DNA from: Macrostomum lignano
Lineage: Eukaryota
Assembly: GCA_002269645.1 (NCBI GenBank)
Contig: NIVC01003746.1
Span: 15,111-79,110 of the forward strand
Length of the DNA: 64,000 bases
Direction: 5' to 3'
Shown: piece after piece, positions 1-24,850 of the stretch
How the letters are laid out: the number at the start of each line of letters is the position of its first letter
How positions within the stretch are numbered: the first letter of the stretch is position 1
Notes under the pieces: model-generated
The model's database searches: none
Seen by the model: the letters and a program-made list of their open reading frames with translations, nothing else
Told to the model about the DNA's origin: nothing
Made by a program: the position numbers and the translations under genes

Positions 1-190
1 ACTTTTTTACCTCAAGGACCAGATAGAGAACCTACATGTAGAGCATGACTTTGGGCCAGAGGGGAGGGAGAAGAGGGAATAGAGAAGAGAGGAGAGAAGA
101 GTAGTGCACGAGGAGAGAATTGGGAGAATTGATCAAGAAGGGAGAGGAGAGGAGATTCGAGAGAAAAGATCGCGCTGAGAAGAGACAGTA
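1..190 (-). repeat. Dispersed pyrimidine-rich repeat family, copy 1 (inverted relative to copies 2 and 3)
   Basis: Reverse complement ends ...taggttctctatctggtccttgaggtaaaaaag, matching the ends at ~3250-3283 and ~4262-4295. Confidence 0.6.
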
Positions 191-398
191 GACACAAACC
201 TTTATTAGAGGCTTCGCGCGGGCCGGATTTTGCCGACCCCGGATATACACGTAGTACATACATTTAGCGACTAAGTTTTATTCATCTGGTTTAAGTGAAG
301 TCAATTTGCGCACATTTGCAGTTTTCTAGTCAGAGAGTTCCTCTCTCTGATTGTGACATCTTAAACCTTACAGCTATAGCTCGATTGAACTCTCGCAG

Positions 399-859
399 GT
401 GGAGTTGATCTCTGGAAAATCGGCCTAACAGTAATCGCCGTAGCGGTGGCGGGGCCATTCCTGCTCGCCTGCTTGAGATCAGTTCTGAGGTGCTCCTATC
501 GCAAGCTGACCCAGTACAGGCGAGGCAGCTGGTCGCCATCAGAGGTTCCCATGGCAACCTACAGCCGGGGCAAGGACTGCGCAAACGTAGATCTGGACGG
601 GCTATCAGCGGACGAACTCTGGGGCGTCAATAGCGGCAGCGGTGCGGCGTCGACGTGCAACACCCTGCTGAATGGATGCGACGTCGGGCGGCGAGCCGAG
701 CCGTTCGGCAATCGACAAGAGGCAGCAGCGACGGTCCCGGACGTTGTCTATGCCCAAGTGCTGAAGGTCAGCGGTGATGCTTGGCAGCAGGAGGAAGTGA
801 ACAAGTCGGCTGCCAGCTTGGCTACCGAGTACACAGAGATTGTGAAAAGCAATGCCTAA
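399..859 (+). CDS. Terminal exon of a type I single-pass membrane receptor (TM helix + cytoplasmic tail with ITIM and ITSM motifs); upstream exons lie outside the window
   Basis: Acceptor tctcgcAG|GT at 397-398 (phase 1). The frame reads GVDLWK-IGLTVIAVAVAGPFLLACL (hydrophobic, 419-475)-RSVLRCSYRK (basic stop-transfer)...VVYAQV...TEYTEIVKSNA-TAA (857-859). GC-rich, with AATAAA at 1115 and 1156. Confidence 0.7.
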
Positions 860-2931
860 TTTTTATTACAAAAATCATCTGCACTTACTAGTGAATAGTA
901 ACTCCTTATTATGTTTCTGCGGATTGATTAAACAGACGATTTTATCCAGCGCTGCTCAGGACTAAATGCAATGATTGCAATTGATATCCATTACAATATT
1001 CTCTAATTAATTATGCATTCATTAACAGTCGAAACTGTAGAGTCGCTACAGGAGTCTTGCAATAAGTAGTATATAAGAAACACATGCTTTGTTATTTATT
1101 GATGAAATATCAACAATAAATATGATTAACTACAATACTGTCAGAACACCAACAAAATAAATGAGACTAAAAAGCAAAACTAAATATCATCCTTTTTTGT
1201 AACCATTATTATAGTTTTCAAAAGATGTCGGTTGTCTTGCAAAAAGACGAATCGCCCTTTTATTTCCTTAGCCTTCTTCGCTGCCTGCTGTTGTAATGTA
1301 CTAAATTGTCTATAACTGTGTAACAACGAGAACACACCCAAAAAACAAACGGCGAGTGATTGGACGCGGCTTAAAATAAAGATTCGGCCAAGGGGGAAGG
1401 CAAGCAAGTCCTTCTTTACTCGCTAGAATAATCGTGCGCCAAAAAGCAAACACAAAAGCTGTCTCCGGCCTTGAGAGCGGAGCACACAAGGCCAGTGGAA
1501 TAAGGTTGCAGGTATGAGACAAACAGTTTATAGGTAGTTTGTATCAACTTTCAGGAACTGTCGGACTTAAATATTATTTTTATTAAATAATAATAAAGTA
1601 AAGTGAAACACAAACGATAATAGTATTAGAAGACTGTCGCCGGCAGAGCGAAATAAATTCTGCATTAAAAGCTTGTCTTAAAAATAATACGAGGATAAAC
1701 TTCAATCTAGCAATATGTTTTTTTCGACTGGTGGTAAACAGACCTGTCTTTTGCGGGCTTTAATAATAACTTTTATATGCTAAAATAGGAGCGCTGGTAT
1801 ATAATAATAGGCGATATAATCCCACCTGTACTGCGCCTTTACGAGTACAATAACCTTTTTTGTCCCTATTCAAATAAACAGTGTAGTTTTTTTAAAACAA
1901 CGCTTAGCACGGATCACGGAACTTGAACAAAAAATAAATAAATAAAATTTCGAGTTGGATTGGATTTCTGAGTTTAAAAATAAAAAAACAAGAGGCCGTG
2001 TCCAAAGGTTATAATGATTAGTGCAGTTTTTAAGCACTTGCAAACGCTGCTGTTAGTAAAGTAGCTCGTACAAAGTCCGCCAGAGCAGCCAATCAAAGCA
2101 CAACCCGCGGCATTTGCAAGCGCCGTATTAACTAAACAAATATGCTTTAAAAAAACAAAAAACAACGGAAAAAAACTCGGGACAGAACGGAAAGTGAAAC
2201 AGGTTAGTATTTTATAATATAGCCATCGGAACACAAGCCGGGACTTGGTTGGGGACACAGAAAAATGAACCACCAAATCCGGCATCTGATTTGAAGCGGC
2301 GGCGGCGCTCCGGCACAACTTCGGCGGCAGATGAAAGCACATCTACAACTTCTACTAGTCGTTCTTTTTCGGAAACAAAAAAACTTTTTTTTGGATTTGA
2401 ATTACTGGGGGTTATCGGATTAAACGCACCCGAAAAACACAGTTTTTGCTATTTTTTTGTAAGTTAGCGCACGGCCGACAGATTTGACAGACTTGTGTTT
2501 GTATCGTCTGTGCCTTATTATCTACTTATTAGATCTAATAAATAGCAGTTTCTAAAGGCTGTCAATCTTCTGAAGGCTAGTGCGCCAACCGTTTTTTTCG
2601 AATAGAAAACGCGCGATGATGACACGCACGACTAAAACAGCCGTGCGAGATGAAAGCTGTTGCCATAGCAACGAAATATGAGAGCTTATTATGAGCGATA
2701 CGAAGAGCTGATAGAACATTCGGACGTAAACTGGGAGCATATAGTGAGTCCATTTTTTTATTGAAACGTTAACGAGCTTTGCAACCAGGGTTTGGAGGGT
2801 CTCCGTTTGGAAAAGAAAACTTACTAAAAGAAACTACTAAGTCCTTCAGATGACGCAGACAATTTTCAAACGGTCTTGACCAAGTTTCACTGCATTGTAG
2901 GGCGATTCGTTCGATTCTTTTCTCTCACAAG

Positions 2932-15555
<12,624 letters not shown>

Positions 15556-15586
15556 TTAGTAGTAGTTCCAAACACTGGTAGAAAAC

Positions 15587-15613
15587 TTTTTTCAATTTTT
15601 TTATATTTTCTTT
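15587..15613 (-). promoter_or_regulatory. A-rich tract in the PABP 5' UTR (candidate autoregulatory element)
   Basis: mRNA sense reads AAAGAAAAUAUAAAAAAAUUGAAAAAA, about 45-75 nt upstream of the ATG and downstream of a putative 5' UTR intron (donor GTGAG at 15898, acceptor TTCTTACAG at 15679). Confidence 0.5.
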
Positions 15614-18173
15614 AATACTCTAATCACGTCCAAAGTAGCTTCAGATTCGACAATAAGGGTCGAAGAATAGAGTGCGACCTGTAAGAAGAAAAGCAACGAA
15701 CATTATCGTCGGAAGTGGTCAATATAACTTCTGCAATTGTATTTTAACAAAAATTTGACTGTGTTTTTACTGCTTTGAAGTTTTTAGACGATTTCCTTAT
15801 ATTTTTTATTTATTTTAATATAAAGCTGTCTTCCTGTATATTTTTTAATAAGAACTATAATATTTAGTTCAAAAATTGGACGAGGCAAGAAAACTCACCA
15901 GACTTACTATTAGAAACCTTCGTTTGTGGGATAAAATTATATCTCGACATTGAGGGATGTGGTAGTGCAAGAAAAGCTTGAATGTCAGAGGAGGAAAATT
16001 TTGGCGGTTGGGGATGACCCAAATTAAAGAAGGAGTGGAGCACGAATCGAACAACTCAAAGTCACTAATTAAGAATTTAGTTGCATTGAAAGTCGGGAGA
16101 ACTCGGAGCGGGAAAAATCGGAAGTTAAACTGTCGCCAACAATGCATACTGGCCCAAGAGGTACTTTTTTGGCAAAAGCGATTTTAGTTTGTTGAACGAG
16201 TCAGTTATTTATGTAAATTTTCTAATTGTATGCCACCATCGATCAGTTCAAACAAAAACTCGAATACCGGTGAAGGATCTGCGTGTATCGATCGCGTTTG
16301 TTTATTGAGAGATTTCTGCGTGTCTTAATGATGGTGCACTTTACATATCTGGTTTTCGGCACGGTATATTGTCTCATATACATTTTTTCTAAATGGCTGG
16401 GCTAGCTCCTAGATCAAAATTTCAAATTTGTGTCCGAGAGAATTAAAAAATATGCTCGTAAAGAATTTTTTGAATAATTAAAATTGTCTAATGAAAGTGC
16501 CAGTTCAATAGAGGGCATTAAATACAATTAAAAAGTATGACTGAATTAAGGAAGTATCTATAGATTCTTTCATCAGCGCATCAAGAAATAGCTGCTAGCG
16601 TTTCTGCCTGCTTAACTGACACCTTGATTTTGGACAAAACACAGCTGGTTTTGAATGATTTATTATCGAATGTCTAAAATTTAAAAAATACAAATGTATA
16701 GTTTTTTTTCGGACTGCCAGTTTGTATTTGCGTGTTAGCGAATTCGAGAGAAGAACAGCTGCGTTAGCAATTCACAATTAAATTTTCATTTTACCAGTAA
16801 TAAAAATAGCTCGAATGCCAACACAGTTACAGTAGCTTTGAAGAGTGGTCCTTTGATTAACGCCTCGATTGCATGAAGCCGCGGCAGCATGACCTCATTC
16901 TAATCAATGCAGGCTCAGCTGAATTCACACGTCCCTCTCGAGCTCTCTGCCATCAGTGTCGGAGTATGAAATATAACGCAGATTTTTTCCTCTATTACTA
17001 CAGATACAGAACTATATAGAATTCAACACAGTCAAATAGAGAATAAAACTACATGTTATACTGCATGTGCATTACTGGATTATTAGTAGGGCTTTCTGCC
17101 TGGTTCGCACCCTCTCAAAAAGTGGCGCATGCGCGCAGTGCAGTGCTTTGTATATTTTGCTCAGCAACAGCCCGAGTAACAGCCGGTTGAAATTGGGGTG
17201 AGAAACCTTCCCCCTCTCTCTCTCCCAATCTCTCTCTCTCTGCTCAGATAGATAGGAAACACATGCGGCTTTCAGCTATACAGCTACAGTTTTAGATGTG
17301 CGTCAAGGCGTAGCTACGATCCCTCCCTTGGGCTTCTTGGCCACGCATGCAGACGGGAAGCAGCCAGAAAGTGTGCCACAAAGGCATGACAGGGTGCCAA
17401 GGCCATGCCACCCTCAGAAACCCCCACGCAGCAGAGCTTTATAGCCTCTTGGCTTATACTGATCCTGCGCGGTTCTGGCTCATAAAGTATACCAACCTGG
17501 AGTCCTCTTTTATGCCGCCATAGCCAAACCTACCAGCTATAATCCAGCCAGATCACGAGTATAGTCTCCAAACATTGCGTATAGCTTTATCCAGCTTTCT
17601 TTTCTCTCTCTTCTCTTGAACTATTGCTTCCAAGCCACGCACCGTCTGAACACTTCTCGTTCCCGACCGGGGCCAGTTGTCGGCCTGGGTTCAATTGTTA
17701 TAGTAGTCTGCGAGAGTCGCCGCGTCGCACAATTGCTGCAATCCACCGCTTGGGAATTGGCTGGGTGCAAAGAGATTGAGGGAGGAATCGGTGGGGTGAG
17801 GGAGCAGCGGGTTGGCTGAGCTCTGTGACCTCGCCCACTTCCCCAATCCCATGCTCCCACTAGCGGCACCCCTCGCTCCCCCATACTGTTGTTCAGTGTC
17901 CCGCCTTTCCATAAAGAAACAGTCCACTTCATCTCGCCGCTGCTTATCGGCCCCCGAGCTCTCTCTAGGTTTGCACCTGCTTATGCAGAGGTGGCATTTG
18001 AAGAAGCTGGAGAAGGAGACGAAAAAAGCAATCAAGACTTATGCAGCTCAACAAGGTCCTTGATGCAACGACGAAAGACTGACTGCTGGGAGCTCAACTG
18101 AAGCCAGACTTTAAAAGCGCCCATTCCAATCTGAATACCAAGTATAGTCCAAAGTAGTTTACCATTTCTAAGC

Positions 18174-19652
18174 ATGCATGAGCAGCGGAAGCAGCACAAG
18201 CGATGGCCATCTCAGTATTCCATGCTGCTGACAGTGCTACAATTGTGCACAACCAGCATTGCCGCCTCCGAAAGGGTGACTGAAAGGGCCAGCCCAGTGG
18301 CCAAGCACCCTAACACCAGCCTGACGGAGTTCACGCACACTCTTGTCGACCGAGAATTCTACGACAAGCACTTCCGCGCTGTGCCGCCGGGCGGCGGTCC
18401 GTCTGTTGTGTACGTCTGCTTTCACATTGACAGCTTCGGTCCCATCGACGTTCTGAGAATGGACTTCTCCATCGAGGTGGTGCTGCACCTCCGCTGGTCG
18501 GATCAGCGGCTTCGGTACAGCGGGCACCCGGATCGCGTTGTGCTCAGCCAGCTGCTCGAAGATGTCTGGCGTCCGGACGTGTTCTTTCAGAACGCTAAAA
18601 GCATCGAGAGGCACGACCTGCCCTCCGGGAACTTTCTGCTCTGGCTGTGGCCGAACGGATCACTGCTGTACAGCCAGAAGCTGAACCTGCGCCTTCACTG
18701 CCACATGGACCTGGAGGACTTCCCCTTCGATGTCCAGTCGTGCTCGATGCAAATCAGCAGCTTCGGCATGAGCACGGACGATCTGGAGTTGCGCTGGTCG
18801 GACAATGATACAACAACAGGAGTCTCTACGAATGGCATTTCGTTCTCTAGCCCAATGGCCACATTCCTGAACGAGTTCCACCCTCCAATCGTAAACTACA
18901 TGGCCGGCACGAACTACTCGCAGCTGACTGGTCGCAACTTCAGCAATCTGATGGCAAATTTCACTCTCAGGCGGAAACACTCGTATTATTTAGTTAATAA
19001 TTACCTACCGTCCATTCTCATAGTGCTCATCACCTGGTCCTCATTCGCTATTGATTATAACGCAGCTCCTGCCCGAGTATCTCTATCAACGCTGAGCCTC
19101 TTGGCTCTCCTCACCGAGACAGTGGCCCTGGAGCGGAAGCTGCCTCCCGTGTCCTACATCACCGCACTGGGCATCTGGCACATCTGCTGCATCGCGTTCA
19201 TCCACCTGTCCCTGCTGGAGTACATGGCTATCAACCTGATCAATCGTCGGCAGAAGAAACGCCTCGAACGGCTTAACAGTCAGGGCTTGTCCACGACAGG
19301 CCGACTACAGGACCTCGGCGGCAAGGCGTCCGGCAGGCTCGACGCTCTCGAGACGCTGATGCCGCTAACGGTGGACGACGCCGACGGCCGGGCCGACCTG
19401 GCCGAATCGGTGGCGGATAATTCCGGTCGGTTCGGCCGCCTCTGCCGGTGCCGCCACCGAGCTGGCAGAGCGGGCGGCAGGTGCTCGCGCAATCGGCAGG
19501 AGCAGGGGCGGCAGCAACCGGGCTGGCGCCTGACCCCAGCCCGCCTGGACCTGATCTTCCTGTTCTCCTACCCCATGGCCTTCGCCCTGTTCAACGTGGT
19601 TTACTGGTGCTTCATCATACCGAGAGACGCGCTCCAGTGGGACTACGCCTGA
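18174..19652 (+). CDS. Cys-loop ligand-gated ion channel subunit, anion-selective type (GABA-A/GlyR/GluCl superfamily), single exon, 492 aa
   Basis: Hydrophobic N-terminus; WRPDVFF; Cys loop CHMDLEDFPFDVQSC; four TM segments; PAR motif before M2; LPPVSY in the M2-M3 loop; M4 YPMAFALFNVVYW. Confidence 0.93.
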   Translation: MHEQRKQHKRWPSQYSMLLTVLQLCTTSIAASERVTERASPVAKHPNTSLTEFTHTLVDREFYDKHFRAVPPGGGPSVVYVCFHIDSFGPIDVLRMDFSIEVVLHLRWSDQRLRYSGHPDRVVLSQLLEDVWRPDVFFQNAKSIERHDLPSGNFLLWLWPNGSLLYSQKLNLRLHCHMDLEDFPFDVQSCSMQISSFGMSTDDLELRWSDNDTTTGVSTNGISFSSPMATFLNEFHPPIVNYMAGTNYSQLTGRNFSNLMANFTLRRKHSYYLVNNYLPSILIVLITWSSFAIDYNAAPARVSLSTLSLLALLTETVALERKLPPVSYITALGIWHICCIAFIHLSLLEYMAINLINRRQKKRLERLNSQGLSTTGRLQDLGGKASGRLDALETLMPLTVDDADGRADLAESVADNSGRFGRLCRCRHRAGRAGGRCSRNRQEQGRQQPGWRLTPARLDLIFLFSYPMAFALFNVVYWCFIIPRDALQWDYA

Positions 19653-20015
19653 GCACCTCTGCCTGCCTGGCAACATCGCCATTCACCGATTATCTATTCA
19701 TAATCTACGACTAAATAGCAGAATTTTTAGTAACTAACTCTCATATATAGAAGCAGAAATAAATTATTCAAAAGCGGATGAGAATTCTTTGCATACTGTG
19801 TCATCATTTCTTGGCTGACACCTACTATCAGCAGAATCATCTGATATGCGTGACTTCAACGAAATTACGCTGACCAGAAATTTTCCGTCATTAAATCAAT
19901 TGTTTTGTCGCTAAACAGGAATTTATAAAAATAAATTTCTGCAATATTGGATCCAAAATTTCTGTTCATAGTTCTCTCCATGTTTTCGTTGTACTTTATT
20001 GAGAATTATACAGAA

Positions 20016-22378
20016 GCCAATCCTGAATCCCAGCTGCTAATCCTGAATCCCAGCTCCCAATCCTGAATCCTAGATGCCAATCCTGAATCCCAGCTCCCAA
20101 TCCTGAATCCTAGATGCCAATCCTGAATCCTAGATGCCAATCCTGAATCCCAGCTGCTAATCCTGAATCCCAGCTCCCAATCCTGAATCCTAGATGCCAA
20201 TCCTGAATCCCAGCTCCCAATCCTGAATCCTAGATGCCAATCCTGAATCCCAGCTGCTAATCCTGAATCCCAGCTCCCAATCCTGAATCCTAGATGCCAA
20301 TCCTGAATCCCAGCTGCTAATCCTGAATCCCAGCTCCCAATCCTGAATCCCAGCTCCCAATCCTGAATCCCAGCTCCCAATCCTGAATCCTAGATGCCAA
20401 TCCTGAATCCCAGCTCCCAATCCTGAATCCTAGATGCCAATCCTGAATCCCAGCTGCTAATCCTGAATCCCAGCTCCCAATCCTGAATCCTAGATGCCAA
20501 TCCTGAATCCCAGCTCCCAATCCTGAATCCTAGATGCCAATCCTGAATCCCAGCTGCTAATCCTGAATCCCAGCTCCCAATCCTGAATCCTAGATGCCAA
20601 TCCTGAATCCCAGCTGCTAATCCTGAATCCCAGCTCCCAATCCTGAATCCCAGCTCCCAATCCTGAATCCCAGCTCCCAATCCTGAATCCTAGATGCCAA
20701 TCCTGAATCCTAGATGCCAATCCTGAATCATAGATGCCAATCCTGAATCCCAGCTCCCAATCCCAATCCTGAATCCTAGATGCCAATCCTGAATCCTAGA
20801 TGCCAATCCTGAATCCCAGCTCCCAATCCTGAATCCCAGCTCCCAATCCTGAATCCTAGATGCCAATCCTGAATCCTAGCTGCCAATCCTGAATCCTAGC
20901 TGCCAATCCTGAATCCTAGCTCCCAATCCTGAATCCTAGATGCCAATCCTGAATCCCAGCTCCCAATCCTGAATCCCAGATGCCAATCCTGAATCCTAGA
21001 TGCCAATCCTGAATCCCAGCTCCCAATCCTGAATCCCAGTTCCCAATCCTGAATCCCAGATGCCAATCCTGAATCCTAGATGCCAATCCTGAATCCCAGC
21101 TCCCAATCCTGAATCCTAGATGCCAATCCTGAATCCTAGATGCCAATCCTGAATCCCAGCTCCCAATCCTGAATCCCAGATGCCAATCCTGAATCCTAGA
21201 TGCCAATCCTGAATTCTAGATGCCAATCCTGAATCCCAGCTCCCAATCCTGAATCCCAGCTCCCAATCCTGAATCCTAGATGCCAATCCTGAATCCTAGC
21301 TGCCAATCCTGAATCCTAGCTCCCAATCCTGAATCCTAGATGCCAATCCTGAATCCCAGCTCCCAATCCTGAATCCCAGATGCCAATCCTGAATCCTAGA
21401 TGCCAATCCTGAATCCCAGCTCCCAATCCTGAATCCCAGTTCCCAATCCTGAATCCCAGATGCCAATCCTGAATCCTAGATGCCAATCCTGAATCCCAGC
21501 TCCCAATCCTGAATCCTAGATGCCAATCCTGAATCCTAGATGCCAATCCTGAATCCCAGCTCCCAATCCTGAATCCCAGCTCCCAATCCTGAATCCCAGC
21601 TCCCAATCCTGAATCCTAGATGCCAATCCTGAATCCTAGATGCCAATCCTGAATCATAAATGCCAATCCTGAATCCCAGCTCCCAATCCCAATCCTGAAT
21701 CCTAGATGCCAATCCTGAATCCTAGATGCCAATCCTGAATCCCAGCTCCCAATCCTGAATCCCAGATGCCAATCCTGAATCCTAGATGCCAATCCTGAAT
21801 CCCAGCTCCCAATCCTGAATCCCAGCTCCCAATCCTGAATCCCAGATGCCAATCCTGAATCCTAGATGCCAATCCTGAATCCCAGCTCCCAATCCTGAAT
21901 CCCAGCTCCCAATCCTGAATCCCAGCTCCCAATCCTGAATCCCAGCTCCCAATCCTGAATCCCAGCTCCCAATCCTGAATCCCAGCTCCCAATCCTGAAT
22001 CCCAGCTCCCAATCCTGAATCCTAGATGCCAACCCTGAATCCCAGATGCCAATCCTGAATCCCAGCTCCAAATCCTGAATCCCAGCTCCCAATCCTGAAC
22101 CCCAGATGCCAATCCTGAACCCAAAATGCCAATCCTGAATCCCAGCTCCCAATCCTGAATCCTAGCTCCCAATCCTGAATCCTAGCTCCCAATCCTGAAT
22201 CCCAGCTCCCAATCCTGAATCCTAGATGCCAACCCTGAATCCCAGATGCCAATCCTGAATCCCAGCTCCCAATCCTGAATCCCAGCTCCCAATCCTGAAC
22301 CCCAGATGCCAATCCTGAACCCAAAATGCCAATCCTGAACCCCAGATGCCAATCCTGAATCCCAGATCCCAATCCTGG
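20016..22378. repeat. 20-bp minisatellite (~118 units), CCAATCCTGAATCC(CAGCTC/TAGATG)
   Basis: Tandem repeat seen directly; two dominant variants plus block duplications. Confidence 0.98.
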
Positions 22379-23032
22379 ATTCCACAGAATCCATTCTGCA
22401 TCTGAATTAAAAAATACAATTTCCAAATTGTTTAAAAATGCCAATCGATGTAAATCGTGAGTCTTGACTTCAGATTGAAAATATAAGGTTGACTCTGGAT
22501 AGACAAAATCACAATTCTGGATCCAAGATCACGTAGTCCCAGTTTTAGGTCTGACATACGCAGTCGAGCCCATGTAAAAAAACAGTTGAGATGTGCAGTG
22601 TTCAGAATCTGTAAATTGGCCCCCGTCTTTTGGTGAACCGAAATTACCACTGCGGCCCCATGGGAAGGTTTAAAACTGGCAATACATGTAGATTGGCTGC
22701 AGACCCAGTTTCTGGGGGAGGGGACACCGACTAAGCCAGGGCGGACACAGTTTGTTTTTCGCTAATTACATACTGACTTCCCTCAGGCCAGATGGGTTGG
22801 TTCCGTGGATAGTAGCTCTTGCTTCCTTTCTGTTGGAACCGGCTCATCGACTTAACTATGGACTGGGCTTGATAGGCTGGTTGGCCTTCTGCCAACTAGT
22901 GCAGCGGGTCACGTGTTCCAGAGTTGACAGCCAGCAGATTGAATTCGGCTGGTTAACTTTAAGTCCAATGTAGGGTAGCTGACCCTGTAATGCAGATCTC
23001 CAGTGTCTTCCTGTCTGCTCGGGAAGGTAAAC

Positions 23033-23410
23033 GCTTCCCGTGTCTAGTGGAAGCTTCCCGTGTCTAGTGGAAGCTTCCCGTGTCTAGTGGAAGCTTCCCG
23101 TGTCTAGTGGAAGCTTCCCGTGTCTAGTGGAAGCTTCCCGTGTCTAGTGGAAGCTTCCCGTGTCTAGTGGAAGCTTCCCGTGTCTAATGGAAGCTTCCCG
23201 TGTCTAGTGGAAGCTTCCCGTGTCTAGTGGAAGCTTCCCGTGTCTAGTGGAAGCTTCCCGTGTCTAGTGGAAGCTTCCCGTGTCTAGTGGAAGCTTCCCG
23301 TGTCTAGTAGAAGCTTCCCATACTGTTGGAAGCTTCCCGTGTCTACTGGAAATTTCTTGTGTCTATCGGAAGCTTCTCGTGTCTATCGGAAGCTTCCCGT
23401 ATCTGTCGGA
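23033..23410. repeat. 20-bp minisatellite GTGTCTAGTGGAAGCTTCCC (~14 clean units plus degenerate ends)
   Basis: Tandem repeat seen directly; each unit contains the palindrome GGAAGCTTCC. Confidence 0.96.
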
Positions 23411-23660
23411 AGCTTTTTACGTCTAATCCCAGCGTACTGTGTCTGCCAGCAATTTCCAACGCCAACCAAATGCTTCCATTGTTTCGTTGAGAACCTCAAA
23501 GCAAGCCGTGACTGACGATGGACGAGAGCTCCCAAATTTCGGTATAGGAATTTTCCCTCCCCATTGTGAGTTCACCCCTGTTTAGTCCAATTTTTCCTTC
23601 ATCAGCCGAAGTGTCCGGGCACATCAGTCACCGGACACAGTGGCCGAGCGAGGAGGAAAC

Positions 23661-23663
<3 letters not shown>

Positions 23664-23754
<91 letters not shown>
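23664..23754. repeat. (AG)n microsatellite, ~45 units
   Basis: Seen directly. Confidence 0.99.
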
Positions 23755-23756
<2 letters not shown>

Positions 23757-24054
23757 TTGTCCAGTTAAAAACTTTTCGGCTCCAACAGCCAGCTATCAAT
23801 CACCGCTCCGGGTGAAGCAGCGAGCTCAATTTAACGAAACTCTCCTATTGCATTCGCTAAGCCCATTCTCTTCTTTCGAGGTCCTTCTAAATCCGGCCTT
23901 GTTGGCGCGCACTGACTGAGCCGTCAGTCATCCAGAAATGCCCAACTGTCTGCCATTGTCAATCAGTGACTGATGCGGACTATGTAAACAGCCTTGCTGG
24001 TTTATGGCCTGCTTGAGGCACTGAAGAAGGTGATTGTCTTCATGCACTTCTGCT

Positions 24055-24165
24055 GCCGCCTCACCGGACTCTCTTGTCTCTCTCCCACTGGATCGCCTCA
24101 CCGGACTCTCTTGTCTCTCTCCCACTGGATCGCCTCACCGGACTCTCTTGTCTCTCTCCCCCTGG
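24055..24165. repeat. 37-bp repeat x ~3
   Basis: cgcctcaccggactctcttgtctctctcccactggat in tandem. Confidence 0.9.
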
Positions 24166-24239
24166 ATCTTCAGCTCTGCCACCAACATTCTCTTTCTGTC
24201 TCTCCTCTGTCCTGGGTCTTGTTTTCTTCTCCTCCCATT

Positions 24240-24850
24240 CTCTCTCCCTCTCATTCAATCTCCTCATTCCCTCTCCCTCTCACACCCTCTTTACTCTCCT
24301 CCTCATTCCCCCCTTTCCCCCTCATTTCCTTTCCCTCTTCCCTCTCCCCCTCATTCCCTCTCCCCCTCATTCCCTCTCCCCATCTCCCCCTCATTCCCTC
24401 TCTCAATCTCCCCATCTCCCCCTCATTCCCTCTCCCCATCTCCCCCTCATTCCCTCTCTCAATCTCCCATCTCCCCCTCATTCCCTCTCTCAATCTTCCA
24501 GCCCTCATTCCCTCTCTCAATCTTCCAGCCCTCATTCCCTCTCTCAATCCCCCCTCATTCCCTTTCTCAATCTCCCCATCTCCCCCTCATTCCCTCTCTC
24601 AATCTCCCCATATCCCCCTCATTCCCTCTCCCCATCTCCCCCTCATTCCCTCTCTCAATCTCCCCATATCCCCCTCATTCCCTCTCCCCATCTCCCCCTC
24701 ATTCCCTCTCTCAATCTCCCCATCTCCCCCTCATTCCCTCTCTCAATCTCCCCATCTCCCCCTCATTCCCTCTCCCCATCTCCCCCTCATTCCCTCTCTC
24801 AATCTCCCAATCTCCCCCTCATTCCCTCTCCCAATCCCCCTCATTTCCTC
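24240..24850. repeat. Pyrimidine-rich minisatellite (ccccctcattccctctctcaatctccccatct and shorter variants)
   Basis: Seen directly. Confidence 0.93.

Noticed and set aside
17600-18100. GC-rich short ORFs upstream of the channel gene
   Set aside because: No recognisable domain or consistent splice sites; more likely 5' UTR or promoter.
20006-22444. Many ORFs of the type GIQDWELGFRI...
   Set aside because: Translations of a 20-bp repeat; open in several frames with no unique coding sequence or splice context.
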